NCBI RefSeq assembly: GCF_006345805.1
Contig: NC_043013.1
Coordinates: 43,834,001 to 43,898,000 of the forward strand
Source: Octopus sinensis
Taxonomy: Eukaryota
Length of the DNA stretch: 64,000 bases
Reading direction: 5' to 3'
The translations under genes and the position numbers were made by a program. A model generated the notes under the pieces. The model saw nothing but the letters and a program-made list of their open reading frames with translations, made no database searches and was not told the DNA's origin. Shown here piece after piece: positions 13,868 to 25,875 of this stretch (position 1 is the stretch's first letter; every line of letters starts with the position of its first letter).

Positions 13868-14206
13868 CTATCTATATATATATATATATCAATCAGTCAC
13901 CATGATAGATCGTTAGCCACTACACACATTTTTTTTCTCACCTTGTTTTTTCTGTGTCCCTTTCTGTAGAAGAGAGTAGGCTCGAAATGTAAAAGACATT
14001 TTCTGTTCCTGAGCGTTATACTAATACATCTGTTTGTTTTGTACACCACCTGTCTTCGTCTTTTGTTTTTTTTGTAAACTCTCCCTCTATCATCATCATC
14101 ATCATCATCATCATCATTTAGCGTCCGTTTTCCATGCTAGCATGGGTTGGACGGTTCTACTGGGGTCTGTGAAGCCAGAAGGCTTCATCAGGCCCATATA
14201 TATATA

Positions 14207-14733
14207 TATAAATAAGGGGAGAGATCACTAAGTAGATCCCTTGTATGCTAAAAATAGATGTCAAACCATCCTACCACGAAATCTGTATTCTCAAATTAGC
14301 AAGATGCTTATTATTACTCTTATTATTTAATTTCATATAGCTGTGTTCTGTAGCCAGCTGATTCACTGCTGAATCTTATTCATTGCAGTTATTTTCTGGC
14401 TTAGCGCACTAGTACGAGGGCATTTGAATTAAAGTTAAAATAAATGATATTGGAACTCTATACATTCGCATCCTCTTATGGAGATGGGTGGTGTCGAGTT
14501 CCATTGTTGTGTCAGCACCGATTTCACTGAAGAGACTCAGACAATTATTAAATCGTTCATGTCGAAACCGTAAAGAATGGAATTAAGTGCTATGTTTATC
14601 TCTTTTCATTTGTCTAGCTCATAAACATCTAGCATCCTGCTAATTTGGGAACACAGATTTCATGGTAGGATGGTTTGATGTCTATTTTTAGCATAGAAGG
14701 GATCCACTTAGTGATCTCTCCTCTTATTTATAT
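14207..14733. mobile_element. MITE/foldback element with about 110-bp terminal inverted repeats
   Basis: GAGAGATCACTAAGTAGATCCCTT..CTCAAATTAGC is mirrored by GCTAATTTGGG..AAGGGATCCACTTAGTGATCTCTC. Confidence 0.8.
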
Positions 14734-17205
14734 TTAAATATAATTCACGGTCTTTGGACGTTTTTTAAGTAAGCTCACCACTGGTTGAAATTGATATAAT
14801 TTAATAATATTGATCAAAATAAATAACATCTGATATTTATTTTGATCAACATCAAAATAAATATCAAATGGAAATTGTTGTTGTGATACCTGTGCTGGTG
14901 GCACATAAAATGCACCATCCAAACGTGGCCGATGCCAGCACCGCCCTGACCGGATTTCTGTGCCGGTGGCACGTAAAAAGCACCCACTACACTCACGGAG
15001 TGGTTGGCGTTTGGAAGGGCATCCAGCTGTAGAAACACTGCCAGATCAGACTGGAGCCTGGTGCAGCCTCCTGGCTTCCCAGACTCCGGTCGAACCGTCC
15101 AACCCGTGCTAGCACGGAAAACTGACGTTAAACGATGATGATTAATTTCTACTCTTATTATACACACACACACAATCACACATATATATAATATTTATGA
15201 CAGGTTTCCGTGCAGCTTGTGCTATAGTAGGAGACACTTGCTTCAATGGATGGGACAGAAGTTGAAATCCTATGGTTTACAAATTAAACTTTCAAACCAC
15301 CCAACCATGCTTGTATCATATATATATATGTCTGAGAAATTTCATTAGAGTGTAATACTGAGCTCAAATCATCCAGTGGGCCAGAAAAGGGCAACAAGTG
15401 AAGCCACTTCAGTACATATTCTAATGAGTCTTTGTGTGAGTATGAAGCTTTCAGTGGTTTCCCAAAGAGGGCATTTTAACCCTTTAGCGTTCAAATTACG
15501 CTGCCAAATGTAAAGCTTATCTGTTCATAGTGTTTTTAATTAATCATGTATTGTCTCAAAGCTTAGAGATTTTGATAATGTTATTGTCTATTTTTAGAAT
15601 GGCATTGTATGGTAGGTGTGAGAGGTTAGATCAGACCAATTTGAACATAAAACAGTGGTGGGGAGTATTTGGATTGGATATGGCTAGTTTGAATGTTTTT
15701 GGGTTAAAACAATGTTGGGACATACTGGAGTGTGGTTCTACAGGGAGATATTAAATGGTATTGTAAAGAATATTTTAAATAATGTTGCATGGGGGGGGGG
15801 TTAAAAAGTGATGTTGCAAGGGGCAATTTTAGGGATGTTGGAAAGGATTTTTCAGGAGGTGGTGGTGGTGGTGGTGGGGGGGAGGTAATCTCTTCTGTTT
15901 TTCTTAATACAATCATGGAAAACATCATTTTACGTTTTCGCTTTTCTATAACCTGAGAAAATCGTTATTTACACACATATAAACAACAAACAAAAACACA
16001 TGTACAAACGTATACACACACACACACACACAAACACACATACACATACATAATCACTTTTTTAAAAAATAAAACACAAAACAAAATCTTGGAAACAAAC
16101 AAATGAATGAAACGTGTTAGGAAATGGTCATAAAAAAAAATGGTTGCAATGATGGCCACCACAAAGAATAATGTGACACCTTACTTTGACTTTTACTCCA
16201 TGGTAGAAAGAAGTAATCCCTCTTAACTGTCATAAATTTTTATCTTTATTCCAGTAGACACAACTGGGACTTAATTCATTGATCCCAACATGATGGAAGA
16301 CAGAATTAACTTTGGTAGGATTTGAACTTGAAACCATTTGCTTCTGATTGAGAAACAGTGAAGTGATCCTCCAGTTCAATGCTTTATGTAACCCTGCTTT
16401 GAATCACTTTAGGGTTTAAATCTTTTAACAGGTACTGAGAGATAGCATTACTGATGAATAGAATATAGTTCAGAGTTCAAAATTCCATTGTAGTTTTTGA
16501 CCTTTGATCTTTGGATTGTGTTGTACTGTGTAGTAACCAATCCAAGAAATGCAAGATCAATATAAGGTCGTTCAGTCAAGAGCTCTACTCCTGCACCAAA
16601 TCGAATACCGTTTAGGTGATTCTGTACAATTATGAGCCTGTAATGAGCAAAGATTTAATTGCATGGTAGCACTTTGCCCTTCGTAGAAAAAAAGATAGGA
16701 TGAGAAATATCATGCAAAATGGAGAAAAAAAATAAGTGGAGGGAGAAATTAACAAAAGCAAAAACTGTGTAAGGGGGACAAAGAAAAAAAAAATTGAGAG
16801 AAAAAAAACGACCAATCAGAATCCAATTGCTTTGTCAATAACATTATGACTTGTGGGGGGTTGTTTTGTTGTTTTTTGTTTTACTAATTTCTTCTCACAA
16901 GAAATTAGTCAAAAACCAGAAGACTCAGTGGACAGAGAGCTTCGATCCATGACCATCATGTATTGTAGTTAGTATGTTGGTGAGATATGTTGAAGCTAGG
17001 AGAGCCCTGAAACATTTGACTGTAAGACAAATTAGTAGAACTGAGTATTTTTTTTACAAATTGAGGCCTCACACACAGAACTCATATGTATGAATGAGCT
17101 CATATTACATAGAAAAAGGACCCAAATAAAAAGGGCTGAGCATTTTTTCTTTTGTTTCTGTAACTTTTTTGATTATTATTATTATTATTATTTCTTTTTT
17201 TAAAA

Positions 17206-17783
17206 TTAAGGCCTCATATGAAGGAACTTATTTTCTTCAGCTAACTGAGTCAGGACTGAGCTCATATCATTGACTACCATATTGTCGGTACTCAGTAGAG
17301 ACATGTTTGTATAGCGAGAGGCTTGGGACATTCGACTGTTGGGCAAGTTAGACGGACTGTAAAGAAGATGGCGGTTATTATTTTCTGCTGATAAAGATGT
17401 GATATTGTCTATCAAATTTTCTGTTGATATTGAGTTTATATTGTCCATGAAATCTTCAATAGGGGGTTCTGAAGGGTTTCTAGCCTTGTCTGTTGAGCTT
17501 GTCACCTGGTTACAACCCGGTGACATTTCAAGGGTACTGGGGAAGGAATTTTGCACCTGTTCACTTCCGAGCTGGCAGCTTGGTCGACCGAGAAGGGCTG
17601 AGACAGACGGATTAGTTTGACTTTGATTGTACATCACTGTAGAAGGGACCACAGGGGCAATCTGCTGCTGCTGCGTGGACGATGACATTAGATTAGTGCT
17701 TGGTGCATAATTAGCTGGTGGTGGGGGACCAGGTGGTGGGTGTGGCTGTAGGCAACCAGTAGCATTAGTAGCTTGCTGTTGCT

Positions 17784-17815
<32 letters not shown>

Positions 17816-19520
17816 TGCACATATAAGTTTGAGTGAACATTAGGTAGAGGTTGGTTGTAAGGGTTTGAAGTGTTATACATTCCTTGTTGTTGGGGTGGAA
17901 CACTGCTGCGGTTATTAGACAGCATCTGTTGTTGTAGTTGTTGCCTAACGTTGTGTTGGCTCCGATTTATGGCCTTCGCTCGAGCTGGGATTTGTGATTG
18001 ACTAATGTGAGGCACTTGAACCTGCGGACTTTTCCGTTCCTGTTTCTGAGTTGGGAGAGACGGTAGTTTGAGAATATTATTCGGAGAAGAACTACCATAA
18101 GTCTGCTGTTGTTGTTGTTGTTGTTGTTGCTGGTTCCGCGATTCCATACCAGGTTTATTTCCTTGAGACATAATCCATTGATTATTGAGAGGTTGAGTTA
18201 TGAGATTCTGATCAAGAACACCTGAGTTTTGCTGAAGGTTTGCCATGTTCATGCCATATGATGGCGTTCCTGGGGCAGAGTTTCCTGAGATTGCCGGTAA
18301 AGTTCCATTATTGCTTTGGTTAAAATTCTGGTTTGCAGCATTCCATCGCTGTATTTGAGCCATACTTGCTTGCATTGCAGCAGGTGAGGGGTTGGTACTA
18401 TTGTTACCTGTCATTGCCATAATTTGTTCAGCAGAATAGGCCATTCCCTGATTGAGGTTATTGCCGAGATAGTTCTGGCCCATACCATACACCTGTCCTT
18501 GTGCACTGTTGTTCTGCGAGGAGCATGTGTTTGATGTTTGGTGGTTTGTGTTTTGATTGGTCATATAATGCTGTGACGGAGCATGCATGGGAGAGATGTT
18601 CACATCTCTGCCATTACCGTTACTATTATTATTACTGTTGCCATTAGCAACGTTAGCCATCTCGTTGCCGTCACCTGTACCACCACCTATATAACCGTTG
18701 CTAAGAGGAAATATGGAATAAACACCATAACGTTCATTCAAGAACTTCTGCATGTCATCTGGAATGATGATGTCTTCGTTATCTTCGAGCATATTCTCTT
18801 CCAATAATGCTTCGTTATCAACGGTATCCATGGCAACCCCAATACCACTCTCCTGGTCCTCAGCAATGCTATAATCTGTTGCAATGCTACTTCGAGAAGA
18901 GTTAAACGTGTTCATGGAGTCTGTTTTACTCAGCAGGCTCCTCATGTTATTCGGTATTGGAAGGGGTCGCATCATATTCAAACTGTGGAACCTTTGCAGT
19001 GACTTCAGTGCAGCAAAATTTGGATCTGCAGTACGGACAGGGTCACTTGCTCTTCTGATTTCTCGGTTAGGTATTTCATGAGGCAAAGGTGTTCGAGCAG
19101 GTGTGCTTGTTCTTGCTCCATCATTCTCCCGTCTTGTGGCAAAGAACCTTGCCAACCTCTCATTTTGGTATTTGTTCTTCAGGCTGCTGCTGTTCATTAG
19201 ATTTGTTTGGCTCCCAAGAGACGCTTTCTGAAGCTGTGCCGTCATGTTACCAATGTTACTGCACTCACCGCTCGACCGACGAGAACTCATTGGCAGGTTC
19301 CCAGTGATGTCGTACTCATAAGGAGAATTTGTGATGCTGAGGTGAGTAGAAAGCTGTGAAGAGTCACTTGACCTCCGACTAGAAAACTGGCTGCCCACAC
19401 TTCCATAGGGATACGGGCTGTTTTCAGATCGCATGCTGCTCATGTAGGAACTTGTGCTGCTCGTGTTGCTGTCTCTGCGAACTGGTGGGTTACCCAAAGT
19501 GGTATAAAGTTCTTGACGAC
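17206..19520 (-). CDS. Gli: Gli last coding exon: PKA/GSK3/CK1 cluster, polyQ tracts, C-terminal activation motif, TAA stop
   Basis: tctttttcag acceptor at 19521-19522; RRDS, SRRSS x2, RRASDPVR, IIPDDMQKFL and DMSSVLTQLAEENKFL. The ORF-track start at 19497 is not a real start codon. Confidence 0.98.
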
Positions 19521-20935
19521 CTGAAAAAGAAGAGCAAAATATAAAATAATATTAGATAATCAATATTTTTAAAATAATGACATCTCAACATACACACACA
19601 CACACGTGTGTGTGTGTGTGTGTGTGGATAGTCATGCACACCTAAATTTTGGTAGGCCCCTCTTGAAGTGCCATTTGCCAGTATCCTAAATTCTGACCCT
19701 GGTTAATCTTCTGGGGTATTTTTGGAAAAAATATTTACACTCTATTAAGTATCAAATGTGTTACATGTATCCGTGCATACACACACACACACTTAAACAT
19801 ATATTAACACACACACACGTTTCAGTCATTTGACTATGGCCATGCTGGAGCACCGCCTTTTTTAGCCAAGCAAATCGACCCCAGTACTTATTCTTTGTAT
19901 GCCTAGTACTTTTTCTATTGGGCTCTTTTGCCAAGCCACTAAGTTATGGGGACGTAAACACACCAGCATCGGTTGTCAAGTGATGTTGGAGGGACAAACA
20001 CATACACACAAACATATACACAACGGTTCAGTCCCACTGCGTGGCACCTTGGGCAAGTGTCTTCTATTATAGCCTCGGGTCGACCAAAGCCTGGTGAGTG
20101 GATTTGGCAGACGGAAACTGAAAGAAGCCCGTCATATATATGTATATATATGTTTGTGTGTCTGTGTTTGTCCCCCCCAACATCGCTTGATAACCGATGC
20201 TGGTGTGTTTACGTCCCTGTAACTTAACAGTTTGGCAAAAGTGACTGATAAAATAAGTACTAGGCTTACAAAGAATAAGTCCTGGAGTTGATTTGCTTGA
20301 CTAAAGTTGGTGCTCCAGCATGGCCGCAGTCAAATGACTGAAACGAGTAAAAGAGAGAGAGAGAGTATTAATTACCTGTTAGGTCAGCTATCCTTTTGTG
20401 TTGTGGATTATTCTTAATCTGTGGTATTTTATTTGATAAATCAGATATCGTCAGCTGCGTGTGACCATTACACCGACGGTTACCTGGGAAAAACAACAAT
20501 GATAATTAGGGTAGCAGCCAAAATATAAATATGGTCTAAGACCTGTTAGAAAATTTTAGGTGAAAATTAGAATGTGGAACACACACAGGCACATACATAT
20601 GCGTGTATATGTGCATTTGTGTGTGTGTATGTAATGAAATTATTGTATATAATGTTCAGGTGAACCACAACTCATTAGAAAAATAAGCCAAAAGTGCAAA
20701 TGAACAATACATAGAATAGTGTACAGGAAGTGAAGTGTGAATGAGTTCCTAGGTAAAAAGATGGGTGGAGTTAGGCATCAGGTGTACTGATGGTGAATTT
20801 CAAGAAGCAAAGCAGTTGTGAAGGATGCAGTATCCATATGTGCTTGACATATATATATATATATACATATATGTATGTACATACATGTATGTATGTACGT
20901 ACATGTATGTATGTATATATATACATGTATGTATG

Positions 20936-21680
20936 TCATCATCGTTAAACGTCCGTTTTCCATGCTAGCATAGGTTGGACGGTTCAACTGGGGTCTGGAA
21001 AGCCAGAAGGCTGCACCAGGCCCAGTCTGATCAGGCAGTGTTTCTACAGCTGGATGCCCTTCCTAATGCCAACCACTCCGTGAGTGTAGTGGATGCTTTT
21101 TACGTGCCACCGGCACAGAGGCCAGACGGGGCTGGCAACGGCCACAATAGGATGGTGCTCTTTACATGCCACTGGCACAGAGGCCAGTCGAGGCGGCGCT
21201 GGCAACGGCCATGTTCGGATAGTTCTCTTACGCGCCACTGGCACTGGTATCACAACTACAACTTCCATTGATGTTGATCGATTTTGATTTTGATTTTCAC
21301 TTGCCTCAACAGGTCTTCACAAGTAGAGTTTTGTGTCCCAAGAAGGAAAGGTATGCATAAGTGGACTGGCTACATCCCAGGTAGAGGCCACGGGTTATGG
21401 TCTCACTTGTCCTGCCGGGCCTTCTCACACACAGCATACTTCCAAAGGTCTCAGTCACTAGTCATTTCCTCGGTGAGCCCTAATGTTTGAAGGTCATGCT
21501 TCACCACTTCGTCCCAGGTTTTCCTGGGTCTACCTCTTCCACAGATTCCCTCAACTGCTAGGGTGTGGCACTTTTTCACACAACTATCTTCATCCATTCT
21601 CACCACATGACTATACCAGCGCAAACGTCTCTCTTGCACACTACAACTGATGCTTCTTAGGTCCAACTTTTCTCTCACGG
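20936..21680 (-). mobile_element. 5'-truncated RTE-clade LINE: ORF C-terminus, 3'UTR and (GAT)n tail
   Basis: ERRLRWYSHVVRMDEDSCVKKC..GRGRPRKTWDEVVKHDL is typical of RTE C-termini and is contiguous with the abundant (CAT)n-bounded repeat. Confidence 0.88.
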
Positions 21681-22842
21681 TGTATATATATGTATATATA
21701 TATATAATAATTATTTGAGGGAATATTAATCCAAACATACAAGGAAAAAAATTCAATTTAGAAATACTAAATCAATTTTCACACAATCATCATCGTTTAA
21801 CATCCGCATACATATATATATATAAATAATATATATTTATATGTATACATACATATGTACATGCTTACATCTATACATGTGTGTGTATATATATATATGC
21901 ATATGTGGGCACAAGACATCACGAAACGTATGTAACAAAAAATTACGAAGTATGAGTACATGGAATATGAACTGTTTTTTTCAAACAACGAACGACACAA
22001 ATGGAAAACAAGACACACACAAAGAATGACCCTTCATCAGTTGTTGAATTTTTTTCTACTCTTGTATTTTGAGCATTTAACAACAATATACGCCTTCGAT
22101 AAAGCAGTTGCTCCTGCAAATTTGGGATTTTGTGGAGGGTCAAAGTTGGTAACACAAACAGGACAGTGAAAACAAAGAGGAAGGGCTGCTAAGCCTAAAC
22201 AAGGTTGTGGTGGTGAATGCATAAATCACGCTAGGACAGGAGACAGACAAGAACATGTTTTCCTTGATCCAGCTACAAGGGAGAGAAAGAAAGAAATACA
22301 AATTAGAAGAAAGATGGCCGATGGTAACGGGGGAGCCACATGAGCACACACATATATATATATAGATATATATATATACATATATGTATATACATATATG
22401 TATATATACACACATATACACACGTGTGTGAAGGCCCGTGGTTCAGTGGTTAGAGTGTTGAGCTTACAATCGTGAGGTTGAGTTTGATTCCCAGACAGGG
22501 CTGTGTTGTGTTCTTGAGCAAGACACTCTATTTCATGTTGCTCGAGTTCACTCAGCTGTAGAAATGAGCTGTGACATCACTGGTGCCAAACTGTATTGGC
22601 CTTTGCCTTCTCCTTGGATAACATCAGTGGTGTGGAGAGGGGAGGCTGGTATCTATGGATGAGTGCTGGTCCTCCACAAAACAACCTTGCCTGGACTTGT
22701 GCCTCGGAGGGTAACTTCCTTGGTGCAATCCAATGGTCATTCATTACTGAAGGCGGTCTCCTCACACACATGTACTTATGTATACACAAACACACAAATA
22801 TATACATACACACATATACATATATGCAAACACACACACTCA

Positions 22843-22878
<36 letters not shown>

Positions 22879-22940
22879 GGGGGAAAAGAACATGGTAAGG
22901 AAAGGAATATACAGTTAGTAATTAAATGTCTGTATCTTAC

Positions 22941-23082
22941 CATTATTCATTACATTAGGAAGTTCTGGAAGAATGGACATGGCTGGCGTTTTATTTAAAA
23001 CTCTTCCTTTTAGTTTGGAGTTTATATTCCTGGCAGTATTGAGACGGTTGGTTCGAGTCACCAAAGTATTTTGCCAAGGAAT
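22941..23082 (-). CDS. Gli: Gli coding exon N (phase 0-1): IPWQNTLVTRTNRLNTARNINSKLKGRVLNKTPAMSILPELPNVMNN
   Basis: ttttttcag acceptor, G|GTAAGA donor; phase 1 matches the last exon. Confidence 0.85.
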
Positions 23083-24607
23083 CTGAAAAAACAAATTAAA
23101 CTAAATGTATTGCTTTATAAGACAAAACATGGTTACAAGGTCAATTCTTAAAGTATTTCAAGATGTTTATCTGCATATTATGGACTATTGATGACCAAAT
23201 CAATAAAATATCTCACAACTTGCTCAGGTTTATATCCTATCACAGTTTATATTTTTTCATTTTTATAACTTATCATGAGTATATCTTATTATGGTTTATA
23301 TCTTATTATGGCTTATGCTTTATCATATCTATTATCTTGCATTGCTTTATGGTTAGAAATTTCACTTCCCAATCACATGGTTCTGTGTTCAGTCCCTCTG
23401 CAAGCCATCACCAGGTTCCTTCAGTTCCACAGTTTCTCCTCTTGAGAATCATACACTACAATGATTGTTTATATTCCTCGTAGTACTGAGATGGTTGGGT
23501 GGTATCAAAAAAGCATTTGCCAAGCAATCTGGCAAAGACGTACATTAAAAAAATGCATTGCAGTACTGGCACCCCTTAAAAAGTGTAAAAAGGCCCCTAT
23601 GCTGTCATCACGTAAAAGGCACCCATGCCAACGCCAAGTATAAAGCACTCATGCTGGCACCATGTAATGGCACCTGTGCTGGTGCCACATAAAAAGCACC
23701 CACATCAAAGCATCACATAAAAAGCTGATATGTAAAAGCAGCCAGTACACTGTAAAGTGGTTGGCATTAGGAAGGGCATCCAGCCATAGAAACCATGCCA
23801 AAACAGATGACAGAGATTTGGTGCAACCCTCCAGCTTGACATCTCCAGTTAAACCATCAAACTTATGGCAGCGTGGAGAATGGACGTTAGATGATTATGA
23901 TAGCTTAGTGGTTAAGGTGTTGGACTCATGATCGTAAGATTGTGGTTTTGATTCCTGGACTGAGCGATACCTTGTGTTCTTGAGCAAAACACTTCATTTC
24001 ACATTGCTCCAATCCACTCAGCTGGCAAAAATGAGCATTCCTGCAACACATCTGCATCACATCCAGGGATGAATACACTGTGTATATACCAGAGAAATGC
24101 CTTTAAGCATTTTGTCTGGCATGCTAACGATTCTGCCAACTCCCCTTATATATATCATCATCACCATCGTCTAACGTCCATTTTCCATGCTGGCATGGGT
24201 TGGACTGTTCGGCTCAGGAGGCTGCACCAGGACCCAATCCGATCTCGCAGTGTTACTACAGCTGGATGCCCTTCCTAACACCAACCATTCCGAGAGTGTA
24301 GTGGGTGCTTTTTACATGCCACCGGCACAGATGCCAGTCAAAGCGGCACGGGGCTCACAACTACAATTTCCATGAGAAATTTCCATCAACATCAGCAATA
24401 AAAAGCACCCACTACACGGTGTTAGGAAGGGCATCCAGCTGTAGAAACACTGCCAGATCAGACTGGAGCCTGGAGCAGCCCCTGGCTCCCCAGACCCCGG
24501 TCGAACCGTCCAACCTGTGCTAGCGCGGAAAACAGACGTTAAACGATGATATATATATATATACACACAGTTCTATATTTAAGAGATCAGGAATTATTTA
24601 CATTATT

Positions 24608-25073
24608 TACATTTGATGGATATTTGTCCTCATCTTGTTTGTTGTTAAACACGTTTCCACTGATATACCTTCCAGCCTTCTTCAGGTGTCTTGGGGAAAT
24701 TTCGAACCTGGGTTCTCATTCCTAAGGTATTTTTCGATGTTATTATTATTATTATTATTATTATTAAGGTCACTGCTTGGAATCAAACTTGGAATCTTGG
24801 GGTTAGGAGCCCGCGCTCTTAGCCACTATGCCCATAGGCATATGGTGTAGTGGTTAAGAGCGCGGGCTACTAACCCTAAGATTCTGAGTTCTATTCCAAG
24901 CAGTGACCTGAACAATAATGATAATAATAATAATAATAATAACATTGAAAAATACCTTAGGAATGAGAACCCAGGTTCAAAATTTCCCCAAGACACCTGC
25001 TGAAGGCTGAAGAGTATAGAAGCCGAAACGTGTTAACAACAAACAAGATGAGGTCAAATATCCATTGAATGTA
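24608..25073. repeat. About 465-bp palindrome built from two back-to-back tRNA-like heads, (TAA)n and Penelope-like tails
   Basis: The arms are reverse complements around 24830-24840. Confidence 0.85.
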
Positions 25074-25163
25074 TATATATTGAGAAGCATACATGGCTAG
25101 ATCATTAAAGTATCTGATAAGCAGCTAATTTATTGCGCAGGAACAAAATTTTTCTTTACTTAC

Positions 25164-25361
25164 ATCTACTTCATCAACATCTGGGATATCAGATTCTTCC
25201 TCAAGGGCGTCTGTGTTCACTGTACTAGTAATCTGTGAACCTCCAGTAATATGGTCCTCAATCAGATCATTATGGTGGTCAGTACTGCATGTAACATTTA
25301 CTTCAGGACTGCTGTCTGGAGATAACTGATGGCTTGGTCCAGTTGAGGAACTCATTGTATC
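25164..25361 (-). CDS. Gli: Gli coding exon M (phase 0-0): DTMSSSTGPSHQLSPDSSPEVNVTCS..EEESDIPDVDEVD
   Basis: tttctgtcacag acceptor, GTAAGT donor, 198 nt in frame. Confidence 0.88.
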
Positions 25362-25473
25362 CTGTGACAGAAACATAAAAATTAACGTCTCATTTTAAAA
25401 TGTTTTACTTCCAGTTTTTTTATGTTAGTTAGAGGTTAAACAAGTCTTTTGTTTTATGCTTAGATACCTATAC

Positions 25474-25875
25474 CTATTTCTTTACTACCCACAAGAGGCT
25501 AAACACAGAGAGGACAAACGGATTAAGTCGATTATATCAACCCCTGTGCGTAACTGGTACTTATTTAATTGACCCTGAAAGGATGAAAGGCAAAGTCGAC
25601 CTCGGCAGAATTTGAACTCAGAACATAGCAGCAGACGAAATACCTATTTCTTTATTACCCACAATGGGCTAAACACAGAGGACAAACAAGGACAAACAAA
25701 CGGATTAAGTCGATTATATCGACCCCAGTGCGTAACTGGTACTTAATTTATCGACCCCGAAAGGATGAAAGGCAAAGTCGACCTCGGCGGAATTTGAACA
25801 CAGAATGTAACGGCAGATGAAGTACCGCTAAGCATTTCGCCCGGCGTGCTAACGTTTCTGCCAGCTCGCTGCCTT
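25474..25875 (-). mobile_element. SINE family 1 dimer with a 14-bp TSD
   Basis: TTAGATACCTATAC at 25460-25473 and 25876-25889 flanks two body units and one head. Confidence 0.88.

Noticed and set aside
16245-16250. Minus-strand AATAAA as the Gli poly(A) signal
   Set aside because: It lies within a degenerate SINE-like stretch in AT-rich DNA and cannot be distinguished from chance.
341-16815. Many 60-140 aa ORFs (YIYI, CVCV, THTH-rich)
   Set aside because: They are translations of TA/CA microsatellites and SINEs, with no domain or splice-supported structure.
17399-19307. Plus-strand ORFs overlapping the Gli last exon
   Set aside because: Antisense shadows of the real coding frame.
21900-22060. 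CTGATGA (minus) and GAAACGTA (plus) as another hammerhead
   Set aside because: The two half-motifs are on opposite strands and I could not build stems I and II.
24836-24910. tRNA-like sequence as a real tRNA gene
   Set aside because: No proper acceptor stem, runs into (TAA)n, duplicated as a palindrome; it is a SINE-type head. The same applies to all other tRNA-like heads.
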